Position numbers and translations under genes: made by a program. Below the pieces are notes generated by a model. It was not told the origin of the DNA. It did no database searches and saw nothing but the letters and a program-made list of their open reading frames with translations. Of a stretch of 64,000 nt of DNA, positions 1 to 11,100 are shown one piece after another. Source of the stretch: Mantamonas sphyraenae STR306 (lineage: Eukaryota; Protista; CRuMs). Where the stretch lies: positions 186,001 through 250,000 of the forward strand of contig JAPMXV010000052.1 in the NCBI GenBank assembly GCA_026936335.1, written 5' to 3'. Within the stretch, counting starts at the first letter, position 1. Every line of letters starts with the position of its first letter.

Positions 1-891
1 CTCGCGTCCTCCTCCGCCACCGTTGTTGTCGCCCATGAGCATTCCTGCGTCGCCCTCTCCGTCTGCCCCGATGCCCTCTCCACCCATGCCACCCTCGTCC
101 TCCTCGTCTTGGTTGTTCACTTTGATGCGTGGCACACCCTTTTTGCCCTTGCGTGCCTTTGCGTCGCCTGCAGACGCGCCCGAGCCCGGTTCTCCCCGTT
201 GCTGCTCCCGTTCCTGACGCCGCCTCGCCAGGGTCCGTTTGCGCCGTCTGAGCTTGTCCAGTTCGTTCATGTGATCCACAATGCGCCACAGGTTGATGCG
301 CTCTGCATCCTCGTCTGTGCGTGCACCGGCAATGTGCAGCCACGAAGCCACCTTGAGGCGTGAAACCGTGAGGTCATCGATGCGTCGGCCCGTCTCGCGT
401 CCTTCAATAACCGCACTGTGAAACGCATCGACAAAGGAGCGTCGTGGAGGACGCATTCCCATCACATTGCCCTTTCCCCGTGCCGCAGGGTGCACCATTG
501 TGCTGTTGGTGGAGAATTTGGCCAGCCGATCGCTGGTGGTCGGCGCCGGCGAGGCAACGGCGAAAAATCCGGAGCCGTTGTCGCCTGCCACTTGGGTTGG
601 GGTGGATGCACGCCAACCATTTGCACCGGATGTGGATTTCCCCGATGTGGAAGGTGTCTGGTTGCCCGCACTTTGCATTTCCCGCATCCGTTGCTCGTTG
701 ATGGCGGCCAACAACGCCTCGGAGTTGCGAAACGACACCGAGCTCAGATTGCTGCCCCTCATCATGGAGGCACGAGAACCCATCCGCTTGCGTGACGACG
801 ACGACGTCTTTGGTCGTCGTGGTGAGGGTCCTCCTGTACCTGCTCCCCCTCCTGCTCCTCCTCCTCCGCTTCCTCCGGAGCCCGTGTTCAT
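1..891 (-). CDS. Hypothetical protein, 3'-partial (runs off the left edge)
   Basis: The minus frame from ATG 891 (MNTGSGGSGGGG...SFVDAFHSAVIEGRETGRRIDDLTVSRLKVASWLHIAG...RINLWRIVDHMNELDKLRRRK...) is open to position 1. It is absent from the ORF track because no stop lies in the window. A short upstream exon near 977 is possible. Confidence 0.6.
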   Translation of the reverse strand, partial: MNTGSGGSGGGGAGGGAGTGGPSPRRPKTSSSSRKRMGSRASMMRGSNLSSVSFRNSEALLAAINEQRMREMQSAGNQTPSTSGKSTSGANGWRASTPTQVAGDNGSGFFAVASPAPTTSDRLAKFSTNSTMVHPAARGKGNVMGMRPPRRSFVDAFHSAVIEGRETGRRIDDLTVSRLKVASWLHIAGARTDEDAERINLWRIVDHMNELDKLRRRKRTLARRRQEREQQRGEPGSGASAGDAKARKGKKGVPRIKVNNQDEEDEGGMGGEGIGADGEGDAGMLMGDNNGGGGGRE

Positions 892-992
892 CTCGTCGCT
901 GTTTGGTTTCGACGGCGCTGGTTGACCCAAATCTCTGAGTCCAAGCAACAACAACAACCACGTACCTCCACCGACAAGAGTGACCATAGGCG

Positions 993-3173
993 ATGACGAC
1001 GCCGGATCTTGTGTCTCTGCTGGTGGGTGGCCTGTACGAAGACCAGGAGGACGAGGAGAAGCGAAAACGGGGTGTGCGGCGTGAGCGAAGCTGCGAGTGG
1101 CCGTTGCTCGGGAACTCGCCCAAACGTCAGCGCGTGGAACGGGCCATGGAGAGGCTACGAGAGCAGGGGAAGCTGGTGGAAGCATGTACAGATAGGATTG
1201 TCCGCGATGAGATGGCATGCAATGCAGTGGGGGGTCCCAATGCAGCGTGCGCGGCGCAAACGAACAAACGGGTCGCGTTGGAGAGCAACACCACGCGTGT
1301 AACCCGCCGCAAGGACACACGTGCAGCCTTTGCACGGCCGGTCACACGGGCGCACCGACGCAAGCATGCCACGGAACTTGAGAGGGGATTGGAGAGTGAC
1401 GAGTGGGAAGATGTGCAGCGTGCGGCGCTGGAGCTGGCGACGTTGTCCAGCTTCTCCTCGCCTTTGTCGCTGGCATCGGCGGAGCACGAGCCGGCCGTGG
1501 CCTCTTCCTCGTCGACCCTGGGACACGACAGCATGGATGGGAGCAAGAAGGGATTCAGGGGGCATGACAAAAGCCGTATGGGCAGTGTCGGTGTGAGAAA
1601 CGATGCAGAACGGGGCAACGCGGAGTTAGGCAGGGGAAATCTGCCCCTTCGCCACCTGACGCTGTTGCGATGTGCGAGTGTGTGCCGCAGCACGGGACGA
1701 AGATGTCTGAAAAAGGCACTTGCACGCAGCAAAGTGTGTCGGGTGCATCGCAGTGTGTACACAGAGGTATCTGCGCCGCTGGAGGAGCACAACATGAATA
1801 GTGTGTTGCCCAGCGAACTGCTCCTCAAGGTGTTTTCCCACCTGGGACTCTACGACCTCTTTCGCTGCCGTCATGTGTGTCGACTCTGGCACCGACTGCT
1901 GGGCAGCGAGGATGGGGATGCAGATGAGATGCAGAGCAGCAGCAGCAGCAGCAGCGACGGCAACAACAGCGGCGGCTGTGGTGGGAGCAAATCCATGCCC
2001 TGGCGAAATTTGGTGTTGTTTGATCGCCACATGGGGGACGCATACAACTACACAGAGACATCGCAGCGACGTGGTAGCTATCCACGGTTGAAAGACGAGC
2101 AACTGCGGCAACTGGGTGGATTGCTGGAGGGATGGGGGCACACGTCCATGCTACGACGGGTGTACCTGGACAATGTGCGCCATCTGCAGAGTGACAAGAC
2201 TCTTGCGCCGCTGCTGACACCCCACCTGACCCATCTGACCATTGTCGGGTCGCCCGAGTTGGGTCTTCACTCGGCCGATGTCATGGCCAGGCTTGTGTCC
2301 CTGCAACACTTTGAGGTCAGCGACGTGGCCACGCTTAGCCGTGCAGCCAACGACGCCCTGTTTACCGCGTGTGGGCCGGTGTTGGAAACCTTCTACGTGG
2401 TGGGCCCGTCGCTGGACTTTGCGGTGTTGGACAAGCACGCCCAGTCCTTGGTGAGCCTGGAACGGCTGACGGTGTCACTGTTCCACCACCACAACAACCT
2501 GTGGATGCAACAGTTGCTGGCGTTTGTGCCTCGCATGGCAGGTCGTTTGCAACACCTGAGTTTGCACCTGCTGCCGAACCGGTTCAATCTGCTGCGGTTC
2601 AATCGCCTCAGCGAACTCACCGCCGTGTGCCCCGTGGAGATGCACACCTTTCGATACGTCAGTTCATATCCATTTGAATGCACGCCGTGGAAGAGTGTGG
2701 GTGCACGCTACCTTTTGGATGTGATGAACAGGGACGAGCAGGGCAACCCGGTGCCTGTTCCAGGCAGCGGCACAGAGTGGCACAATTGCTTCAAGCAGGG
2801 CAGCGTCATGTCTCCCAACCTGAGCACACACAAGGGACTGTGTCAGTGGCGACTTCTTGTGTACCCACGTGGCAACTACCAGGATTCCCTGGGTGACGAT
2901 CTTTCCATCTACGTGCAACTCAAGTCGGATCGGCTCGTGGGCGAGGATCGCTTCATGGAAACACATCTTCAGGTGTCCATCCATCACCAGGAACGCAGGT
3001 GTGTGTTTTCACGAATGACCAACTTTCTGTGGCAGGAGAACACCGAGCCAGACTGGGGGTTCACACACTACTACGCACTGGCCAAACTGAAACAGGGCTG
3101 GATCAGTCCCGAGGGCATGCTGGACGTCAGTTTCCGCATCGAGTTTGCACGTGTGCAGCTGGGAGGCAAGTGA
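993..3173 (+). CDS. F-box + LRR-like + C-terminal MATH/TRAF domain protein
   Basis: F-box motif LPSELLLKVFSHLGLYDLFRCRHVCRLWHRL, followed by leucine-rich repeats (LTHLTIVGS, LQHFEVSD, LERLTVS, LQHLSLH). MATH motifs WRLLVYPRGN...LSIYVQL...DWGFTHYY...GWISPEGMLDV. Confidence 0.8.
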   Translation: MTTPDLVSLLVGGLYEDQEDEEKRKRGVRRERSCEWPLLGNSPKRQRVERAMERLREQGKLVEACTDRIVRDEMACNAVGGPNAACAAQTNKRVALESNTTRVTRRKDTRAAFARPVTRAHRRKHATELERGLESDEWEDVQRAALELATLSSFSSPLSLASAEHEPAVASSSSTLGHDSMDGSKKGFRGHDKSRMGSVGVRNDAERGNAELGRGNLPLRHLTLLRCASVCRSTGRRCLKKALARSKVCRVHRSVYTEVSAPLEEHNMNSVLPSELLLKVFSHLGLYDLFRCRHVCRLWHRLLGSEDGDADEMQSSSSSSSDGNNSGGCGGSKSMPWRNLVLFDRHMGDAYNYTETSQRRGSYPRLKDEQLRQLGGLLEGWGHTSMLRRVYLDNVRHLQSDKTLAPLLTPHLTHLTIVGSPELGLHSADVMARLVSLQHFEVSDVATLSRAANDALFTACGPVLETFYVVGPSLDFAVLDKHAQSLVSLERLTVSLFHHHNNLWMQQLLAFVPRMAGRLQHLSLHLLPNRFNLLRFNRLSELTAVCPVEMHTFRYVSSYPFECTPWKSVGARYLLDVMNRDEQGNPVPVPGSGTEWHNCFKQGSVMSPNLSTHKGLCQWRLLVYPRGNYQDSLGDDLSIYVQLKSDRLVGEDRFMETHLQVSIHHQERRCVFSRMTNFLWQENTEPDWGFTHYYALAKLKQGWISPEGMLDVSFRIEFARVQLGGK

Positions 3174-3265
3174 GGGGTGGAGAAGAGAGAGGTGGATGCA
3201 CCCAGTGAGAGCAAAACAAAAACCCAGCTCAGCTTTTTGGAACCCCTCCACCACCCAACCAGGCG

Positions 3266-6200
3266 ATGTCTTCGTTGCATCGAGCTCGACGCACGCCAAC
3301 ACGGCCGAGTGGGACGTCGATGGTGGGAACGTTGGGGGTCAACGGCACGGGGATGGCCAAGGGGAGACGGACTCACTCGTTGGATGCCTTTGAGGACATT
3401 GAAGAGTTGGAAGCGGCCATTGAGAAGCAGGAGGCAAAGGAGCGAAGGCAGACACAGAGTGGTGGTTTGAGCCAGATAAGCAGCAGTGAGTATGGCCTTG
3501 GGATGATGGGTCACTCGGCAATGGCGGGGCAGCAGCAACAGCCAAAGGTGAGGACACGGGGCGGCGGACCTCGACGGTTGGAAGACGCTTTGCGGGCGCC
3601 CGAGAGGGACGGCGGTGGCGGTAGGGGAGCACGGGAGGGAGGAAAGGATGACTTGGGTGTGGGGTTTGATGGACAGGAGACAGAGGAAAGAGAAAGACAC
3701 TGGGAGGAGGGACGAAAGGGCCGGGAAGGTGAGGCAAGCATGGTGTCCGATCTTTCCGGGGCCCAGGAGCTGCAGATGGAGGACAGTGAGGATGACACCA
3801 GCACATGGTTGGACAAGCTACCGTCACGGAACAGGGAAAGGCGCAGCGGAGGGCGAGACTCGTTGCTGGAGGGCAGCAGCCGCGGATTGAGCCAAAGCCT
3901 GCGAGTGCGCGGCAGAAGTCGCGAGGTTGAGGAGGAAGGCAGCGGCAGCGGCAGCAACAGCAACAGCCACAGCGACAACACAGGTGAAGAAGGAGGCGGA
4001 GGCAAGAAGACGACAGGGTCGTCGAAAAGCAACAACTTCCAGGTGGTGGTGCGTGTGCGTCCTGCGCTGGAGCGGGAGCGAGCGAGCGACGGGTTCCGGG
4101 AGATTGTCCGCGTGCGTGAGGACGGCCAAGGGCTGGACATTGACGAGTACAAGTTCACAGACGCAGGATTGGGCAAGGAGGTCAATCGGGTGTCCAAGAA
4201 CACATACAGCTTTGCATTCGACCGGGTATACGGCCAGGACAGCGAGCAGGAGGAGATCTACGAAGAGACGGCCAATGGGGCGGTGGTGTCCACGCTGGAC
4301 GGATACAACGCATCGGTGATTGCGTACGGACAGACAGGCACGGGCAAAACGTACACGATGGAAGGGTTTGCAGACACGGAACGGGGCATTATTCCGCGGT
4401 CCATCGAAAAGATCTTTGACCACATTGACGAGCGACGACGGGCGTCGAGCGAAGCACGGTCGATGAAGTACCTTGTGCGTGCGTCGTACCTGCAGATCTA
4501 CAACGAAACCATCTACGACCTGCTCAAGAGCGAGCGACACCACCTGAACATCCGGGAGGATCGTCGCAAGGGCGTCTATGTGGACCAGCTGTCGGAATGG
4601 GTGGTGCGTAGCCCACAGGAAATCTATGGTCTCATGAAACGTGGCTCACAGGAGCGTGCCACGGGCTCCACACGCATGAACGAACTCAGCAGCCGCTCGC
4701 ACGCGGTGTTTATTATCATTGTGGAGAGCGAAGAGAATGTGCTGGACGACGACGACGATGAGCAGTCACAGACAACACACGGGGATGCCCTGGATGCCAA
4801 CGGCACGTCTTCTGCGTTGTCGTCGGGCAGCAGCAGCAGCAGCAGCAACCGACGTGCAAAGAGTGCCACGTACAGCGGGCGTGCGAGCAGGCGTGCGCGG
4901 CGCACACGGGATGGCACGGGCAAACGGCACATCCGACAGGTGTATCGCATCGGCAAGTTGAACCTGGTGGATTTGGCAGGCAGCGAACGGCAACGGGTGT
5001 CGGGAACGTCGGGCAAACAGTTGGAGGAGAGCAAGAACATCAACCAGTCGCTGTCGTCGCTGGGCAACGTGATTGCGGCGTTGACGGAACGGGACAGCCA
5101 CGGCAAGAAGCGCACACATATCCCATACAGAGACAGCAAGCTGACACGGCTGTTGGAAGACTCGTTGGGCGGGAATTGCAGGACAACCATGATTTGCATG
5201 GTGTCGCCGGCCGCGGATGCGTTTCACGAGTCGCTGTCCACACTCAAGTTTGCCAATCGGGCCAAGCACGTGCACAACCGGGCCCGCATCAATGAGGATC
5301 TGGACCAAAAGGCGCTGCTGCGCAAGTACCAACGCGAGTTGAAGAAACTGCGCAGCCGGCTGGCGACCCAAAACCAAAATGTGGTGGACAAACGCAAGCT
5401 TCTGGAGGTGGAAGAGCAGAAGCGGCGTGCAGAAGCGGATAGGTTGGCAGCGATCACGGATCTGGAGCGCTTGTCCCAGGAGTTTATGCAGGAGAAGAAA
5501 GAAAAGGCGGCGCTGGAAGAGCGGATTGTGCGTATGCAAAGCCAAATGCTGCAGGGGGGATCGGGTACGCTCGGGGCAGCAGTGGGCATGGGTGAGGACG
5601 AGACGGCGGCCATGCGACACGCGCTTCTGGCAGAGGCCAGGAGGATACGGCTGGAGTATGAGCGGAAGCAGGAGGAGGTGGAGCGGGAGAGGAATGAGGT
5701 GGAGAAGGGAAAGGCGCAGGTGGACAGATACAAACAGACGCTGCAGCGACAGAGTGACATGATGAAGCTGCTGATGGGACGGATGGAAGAGCGAGACGAG
5801 GCCATGGCGCAGGCACAGGAAGATCTGGCCAAGCAGCAGGAAACAATCATGCAGCTGCAAGATGCCATGGACAGCAAGCGAGCAGACCTGATACGACTGC
5901 AACGGGTGGTGATTGAGTTTGCGCTGGACCGCGAGGAGGTGCTGGGGGTAATGAGCGCAGAACAGCGTGGTCAGGTGGCCTGGCGCGTGGACGGCGACGC
6001 GGCTCGGGCCATGGTGGAACAGATGATGGGCGAGGTGGCGAATGAGACCATGGGAGGTGCGTCGATGCTGGACGAAGAGTCGGGTAGCGATGTGAGCGAC
6101 AACAACAGCTTGTCGTGGATGAGCACGGGCGAGGACAGACTGCGCGAGGTGATGGGCGAAAACGAGGAGCTTGTGCAGCTTGTGCGCCACCTGTTGGCAA

Positions 6201-6769
6201 AGCGACACGAAGATGGCGTCTCTGTGGAGGAGTACAACGAAGTGGTGGAACGCAACCGAGTGTTGGTGGACGAGGTGAACCGCATGCGTGAGCGCAGAGG
6301 CGGCAGAGCTTACGACGGGGTGGACGACGATGACGACAACGACGACGACAATGACATGGACAGGTTTGACAGCGAGGCAATGCAACAGAGCAGAGAGGCA
6401 TACGAGGATCTGCGGCTGGAGTACGGCGAGTTTCGCAGGCAGATGGGCGTGCGCATGCGAGAGAACAACGAAATGATGCAATCGATGAAAGAGGAGAAGG
6501 AGGCACTGGAGGAGGCACTTGCACAGGCTCAGAAGAGGGAGGCGGTGGACAAGCTGCAGCGCAAGTGTGACAAGCTGCAAAAGGAACGCGTGGCATTAGA
6601 GACGATTCTCAAGAGCAAGATCAAAGGGCTGGTGGACCATGCGGTGGCCAAGTTGATTGCCTATCAGCAGCAAGGGCAGGTGACGGATGTGAGCAAGGAG
6701 CTTGTGATGCTGCAGAAGTTGGTGGATGCGTCTGTGGCTGCACTGGCACAAGCGAGTGACGACGAATGA
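3266..6769 (+). CDS. Kinesin motor protein with coiled-coil tail (start may be the ATG at 3320)
   Basis: Motor motifs VVVRVRP, FAFDRVY, AYGQTGTGKTYTM (P-loop), NELSSRSHAVF (switch I), LVDLAGSER (switch II) and HIPYRDSKLTRLL. Long heptad-repeat tail. Confidence 0.95.
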   Translation: MSSLHRARRTPTRPSGTSMVGTLGVNGTGMAKGRRTHSLDAFEDIEELEAAIEKQEAKERRQTQSGGLSQISSSEYGLGMMGHSAMAGQQQQPKVRTRGGGPRRLEDALRAPERDGGGGRGAREGGKDDLGVGFDGQETEERERHWEEGRKGREGEASMVSDLSGAQELQMEDSEDDTSTWLDKLPSRNRERRSGGRDSLLEGSSRGLSQSLRVRGRSREVEEEGSGSGSNSNSHSDNTGEEGGGGKKTTGSSKSNNFQVVVRVRPALERERASDGFREIVRVREDGQGLDIDEYKFTDAGLGKEVNRVSKNTYSFAFDRVYGQDSEQEEIYEETANGAVVSTLDGYNASVIAYGQTGTGKTYTMEGFADTERGIIPRSIEKIFDHIDERRRASSEARSMKYLVRASYLQIYNETIYDLLKSERHHLNIREDRRKGVYVDQLSEWVVRSPQEIYGLMKRGSQERATGSTRMNELSSRSHAVFIIIVESEENVLDDDDDEQSQTTHGDALDANGTSSALSSGSSSSSSNRRAKSATYSGRASRRARRTRDGTGKRHIRQVYRIGKLNLVDLAGSERQRVSGTSGKQLEESKNINQSLSSLGNVIAALTERDSHGKKRTHIPYRDSKLTRLLEDSLGGNCRTTMICMVSPAADAFHESLSTLKFANRAKHVHNRARINEDLDQKALLRKYQRELKKLRSRLATQNQNVVDKRKLLEVEEQKRRAEADRLAAITDLERLSQEFMQEKKEKAALEERIVRMQSQMLQGGSGTLGAAVGMGEDETAAMRHALLAEARRIRLEYERKQEEVERERNEVEKGKAQVDRYKQTLQRQSDMMKLLMGRMEERDEAMAQAQEDLAKQQETIMQLQDAMDSKRADLIRLQRVVIEFALDREEVLGVMSAEQRGQVAWRVDGDAARAMVEQMMGEVANETMGGASMLDEESGSDVSDNNSLSWMSTGEDRLREVMGENEELVQLVRHLLAKRHEDGVSVEEYNEVVERNRVLVDEVNRMRERRGGRAYDGVDDDDDNDDDNDMDRFDSEAMQQSREAYEDLRLEYGEFRRQMGVRMRENNEMMQSMKEEKEALEEALAQAQKREAVDKLQRKCDKLQKERVALETILKSKIKGLVDHAVAKLIAYQQQGQVTDVSKELVMLQKLVDASVAALAQASDDE

Positions 6770-6781
6770 AATGCACGGCGT

Positions 6782-8023
6782 CTATTCACTGGTTGTGCTG
6801 CTGCTTTGTTGTTGCTCAAAGGCAGAACTGAGTTTGGACTCTTCCTGCGACGGGCTCGAGTTGGAGGCGACGAGGTCGTTGATGAACGACTCGACATCGA
6901 GGTCGTCGCAGGCCTCGAGTTGCTGCTTCATGACGTCGGATGTAAAGGCAGCGGAGCCACGGAAGGAGCGGGAGGCGCGCACGTTGTTGAGCTTCTTGCT
7001 CTTGCTCATGCTGCCGGTGTTTGAATAATTGAGAGAGTCGCCGCCTGCGTCTTTGCTATCTACATCGCCTGCCGCTTCGATTTGCACAGTGACAGAAGGT
7101 GTGTGGGTGCCCGAGTCCTCTGACCCAGATGCTGTGTCGATGAGTGTGTCCAACCCGCGTGTGGAGCCGTACTTGTCGCGGCGACCCACCGTGCCACGTC
7201 CCTGCGACTCTGTGTCGTCCACCTCTTCGTCGTCGTCGTTCTCTCCTAGCCCCAGACTGTGTGGCATGGCCAGCGAGCGAGTGCATGCCATGGCGGCGTC
7301 CGTGTGTCAGTGTGTGGCTCTGCGGGAGGCAAAACCCGTTCGAGGCGGCGAGCAAAACGGGCAGCCCGCTCGAATTCACGTGGGACACGGGCGCGGCAGG
7401 GCGTGGCGCACGCATGGAGGGACGGGACGTACGAGCGAGCGAGCATGGGGTCGCCTGAGGTGAGCTTCATGCGCACCACCAGGCGAAAAGATGCATTGCA
7501 GGTGGATTCCTGCAACAGATAGGTTTTGGTGAGCTTCTGGGTGGCGGCATAGTCTGCCATGTTGAGCTCGACGGCGCCAAGGCGGTCAAAGCTGTGACCA
7601 TCTGTCTTTTGCTGTGGGGGGAACAGGGCGAACAGGTGTGGATGGGTCCATGGGTGGTGCAGGACGGGTAAGACAATGGTTCGTACAGCGGCTGTATGCA
7701 TGTGGAGGGCAGGCGGTGGGCGGCGCCGAACCACAACCACAAGGCGAACGTACCTGGCGCACAGAGATACGCAGGATGTTGTCGGCGACAGAGTGGTCGT
7801 CCTCGTTGACTTGGAGCTCTAGGGGAAACTCAAAGACTTCGTTGAAGAGGACGGCGTTGTTGCGGATGGAGTGGACGCCCGTGGTGCCGGCGACCTTGGA
7901 GTGCTTCTTGAGTTTCCACTTGATGAAAAAGTCGCCCTTGTTGACGGGCACGTGGTCTAACTGCAACAGTTCTATGCTTGCGTTGTACTTTAGCTTCTGC
8001 TTCTTCTTGAACAGCGAGGACAT
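6782..8023 (-). CDS. NT-C2 (EEIG1/EHBP1 N-terminal C2) domain protein, FAM102-like; 3 exons
   Basis: Exons 8023-7754, 7611-7433 and 7256-6782 join in frame through GT-AG introns: MSSLFKKKQKLKYNASIELLQLDHVP..FFIKWK..LRISVRQ|QKTDGHSFDRLGAVELNMADYA..KTYLLQESTCNASFRL. Confidence 0.8.
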
Positions 8024-8158
8024 GGCGGGTTCCTGGGGGCAGCCTGGCAGCAGAATGGGTTGGAGCGCATCGCGCGGCACCCCAAGCAAGCAAAGCAGCC
8101 ACGTGTGCCTGAGTGTCTGTGTGTGCATTCCCCCACCCCCCCCCCGAGTGTGTGTGTG

Positions 8159-11100
8159 ATGGAGGTCGAGCAGCGTGTAAACACAGACGCTGGGAGTGAA
8201 GCGACCACCGGAGTGGGTGGCGATGTGCGTGCGTTTGGCAACTGGCGAGCGTACGTCTCGACGGAAATCCAGACACTGGACACAAGCCAGCGCGAGGTGC
8301 TTGTGCAAGCTTTGTCTCTGCACGTCGCCGAGATTGTAGAGGATCCGCTGCAGGACGGCTGCCTGCATGTGTGCGACTTTGAAGGGGTGAGCTGCTGCCA
8401 ACTCGGGACGGGGGCTTGCTATTCAACAACCACAACCACTGACACGGATGAGTGTGTGTGTGCATGTGTATGGTGTGTGGTTGCAGGACGAGTACAACGA
8501 CTTTGTTGCGCAAGACCTGGCCATTGTGGGTATGTGGGCGGGTGAGCGATCAGGGGTGGTGGCGCGCCACGAGTTTTTGCACGGACGCTGACACCGCAAG
8601 GGGGTGGTCCTCGTGTGTGGGTGGTGTGGGTCGTTGGCGTACAGGGGTTCTTGCGGTGCTGCAGAGCTTGCCAGAGTCGGTGAGCGAAGAGCTGGGCGTG
8701 GATGTGGAGGTGAGGCAGGACCGGTGGAAATACGCAGATGATCAGAGTTGGCGAGGGCAGCTGTACTCGAGAACACTGGAGGGAATGGCCGTGTGTCCGT
8801 CAGGCTTTCATGAAGGCCAAAAGGTGAGCAGAAGGGGAGAGTGGGGTTGTAGACAGGAATCGTGCACTGACACAGGGAGTGTGGTACAGCGTCCGCTGGA
8901 GTTTTACGTGTGCGGGATGGGCGGTGAGTTCCACAGGGTGTTTACACACCTTGTGACGCATCTGGTGACCACGGGCTCGCCGACACACAAGTTTTCACTG
9001 GCGATCGAGCACGGAATGGAACTGGTGACGCCGGATTGGGTGCAGGCGTGCTGGAACAGCCACAGGTTGCCGGATACGTTTCCTTTCAAGCCCGTGTTTG
9101 GAGGGATCCGATTGTCAGTGACACAGATCAATGACAGTAAGTCGGATACAACGAGAGCGCTGATGTATGAGTGGCAGCTGACAAGGTGGGGTGCACGTAG
9201 AGGAGTGGCGTGCCGAGTTGAAGCAGATGGTGGAACAGCGTGCTGGGACGTACGAACCAAACTTTTCGCCAAATAGTACGCATCTGGTGGCAGCGAAACG
9301 AGAAGGGGGCAAGTATGAAGCTGCATTGCGGTGGGGCGTACCTGTGGTAACGGAGGCGTGGGTGGTAGATTCGTGTCGGATAGGGGTGTTGCTGGACGAG
9401 CGTGACTATGCGCTGGGCAGCAGCGGGGCGTCGAGTGCCGGACGGCGCAAGACAAACGAAATACTGGACGGATGTGTGGTGTATGTGCACGAGGAGGCGA
9501 CGGAGAACAGCGTGGAGAGCGTGGATGAGGAGCGAGCGAACAAGCTGCAGCGTGAGTTGCGGTTGATGGGAGCCACTCGAAGGCGCAAGTATGGCAACGA
9601 CGTGACGCATGTGCTGGTGACATCCAACGACGACGTGTCGACACTGCGCGACTCGCTGGATCAATTTGACGGCACGCCGTTTGTGCTGCGCGACACGTGG
9701 GCACTGCAATGCCACAAGTACCGCAGGAGACTGCACATGCGCCCGTTTGACCTACGTGTGCAACTGGAGGCGTTGGTAGAGCTGAGGAGGCAGCGAAAGG
9801 CTTGGAGACGGGAGCAGAAGGAGCAGGGCAAGGGCAAAGCAAAGGGCAAGAAGTCAGGCAAGGGCAAGGAGAACATAGGAGGGGTCAAGGCTGCCGCTGT
9901 GAGGCGTGTGCAAAAGAGCGCATCCATCTCTGGAGTGAACGATCCCATTTTGAGTGCATACGCAAGTTCGGAGAGCGGGACGACAACGACCACGACCACG
10001 ACAACGACGTCGTCTCAGGCACCGCCGGCTGTGCAGGAGCTGCTGGCCGACGCAGACGCCAAACCCATATTTGCAGGACGCAAAATGCTGCTGCTGGATC
10101 CGATCTGCAAGCACAACAAGGTGTTGAAGCAGGTGTTGCGGCAACGAGGGGCAAAGGTGGTGCGCAATGCAGCCAAGGCGAATGTGGTGGTGTTGCCGCA
10201 CCAGGATTCGCTACAGGCGCACGAAGACGTGTGGGAGGAGGTGCGGGAACGGTACGAACGTGATGCGGTGTGGTGTGTGACGGCGGATTGGCTGGCACAC
10301 AGCCTGGCACACGGACGGCTGCCGGCGCTGAACGAGTCGCCCATTTTCACGCCTGTGCCACACGCATTTCCAATTACAGACATGCGTGGGGTGCGCATGT
10401 GTGGGATTGGGTTGGACGCAGAGACGACCATGATTGTGAAGGACGCCGGGATGATGGCGACAGAGGATGCACAGGCGTACGTGGAGCAGTTGGATGTACA
10501 GGAGTGCACACACGCCATCTGTGGGGTCAAGGAAGAAGCGGAGCTGAGTGAAGAGGAGAGGACACGCGTGCAGGTGTGTGTACAACACGGCGTGGCTGTT
10601 GTGAGCATTCAATGGCTGTTTGACTGCGTGCGACGTGGCGAACGGTTGGACACAGACGGGTACGAGATGTACACACACACAAGCAACAAGCGCAGCGTCA
10701 GCCAGAGTGCATTCCGTCCTGCACTGGAAGTGGAGAGTGTGCTGGATGCGTTGGGCGGGGAGTATGCGTTTGACGAACGCAAGGATCGCAAGCGCAAAGC
10801 AGAGGCGCTGGGTGTGTTGGATGGCGCATGTGTGTGTGTGTGGAAGAACCTGCGAGGACGCAACGAGGCAGAAGCAACGGCAGAGGCGCTGGGAGCGCGT
10901 GTGGAGGAAAAGGTGCTGAGTGGCATCACACACTTTGTGTACGCCGAGGGAGGATCGTCCTCGGGTGGCGGAGGCAGTCTTCGCGAAGCACTGCGCAAGG
11001 TAGGACGTCTGCCGGGCAGGGTGCACATGGTGGCACCCGAGTGGCTTGATGCCTGCCAACGCGAACAGCGCTGGATGCCTGAATCCGAGTATCCGCCTGG

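Noticed and set aside
467-925. 152-aa + ORF with a Pro-rich end
   Set aside because: It is the antisense of the Gly-rich minus-strand gene that runs off the window.
4766-6580. 604-aa minus ORF and similar long antisense ORFs (25884-27941, 10211-11185, 37964-39367)
   Set aside because: These are shadows of well-supported genes in GC-rich DNA.
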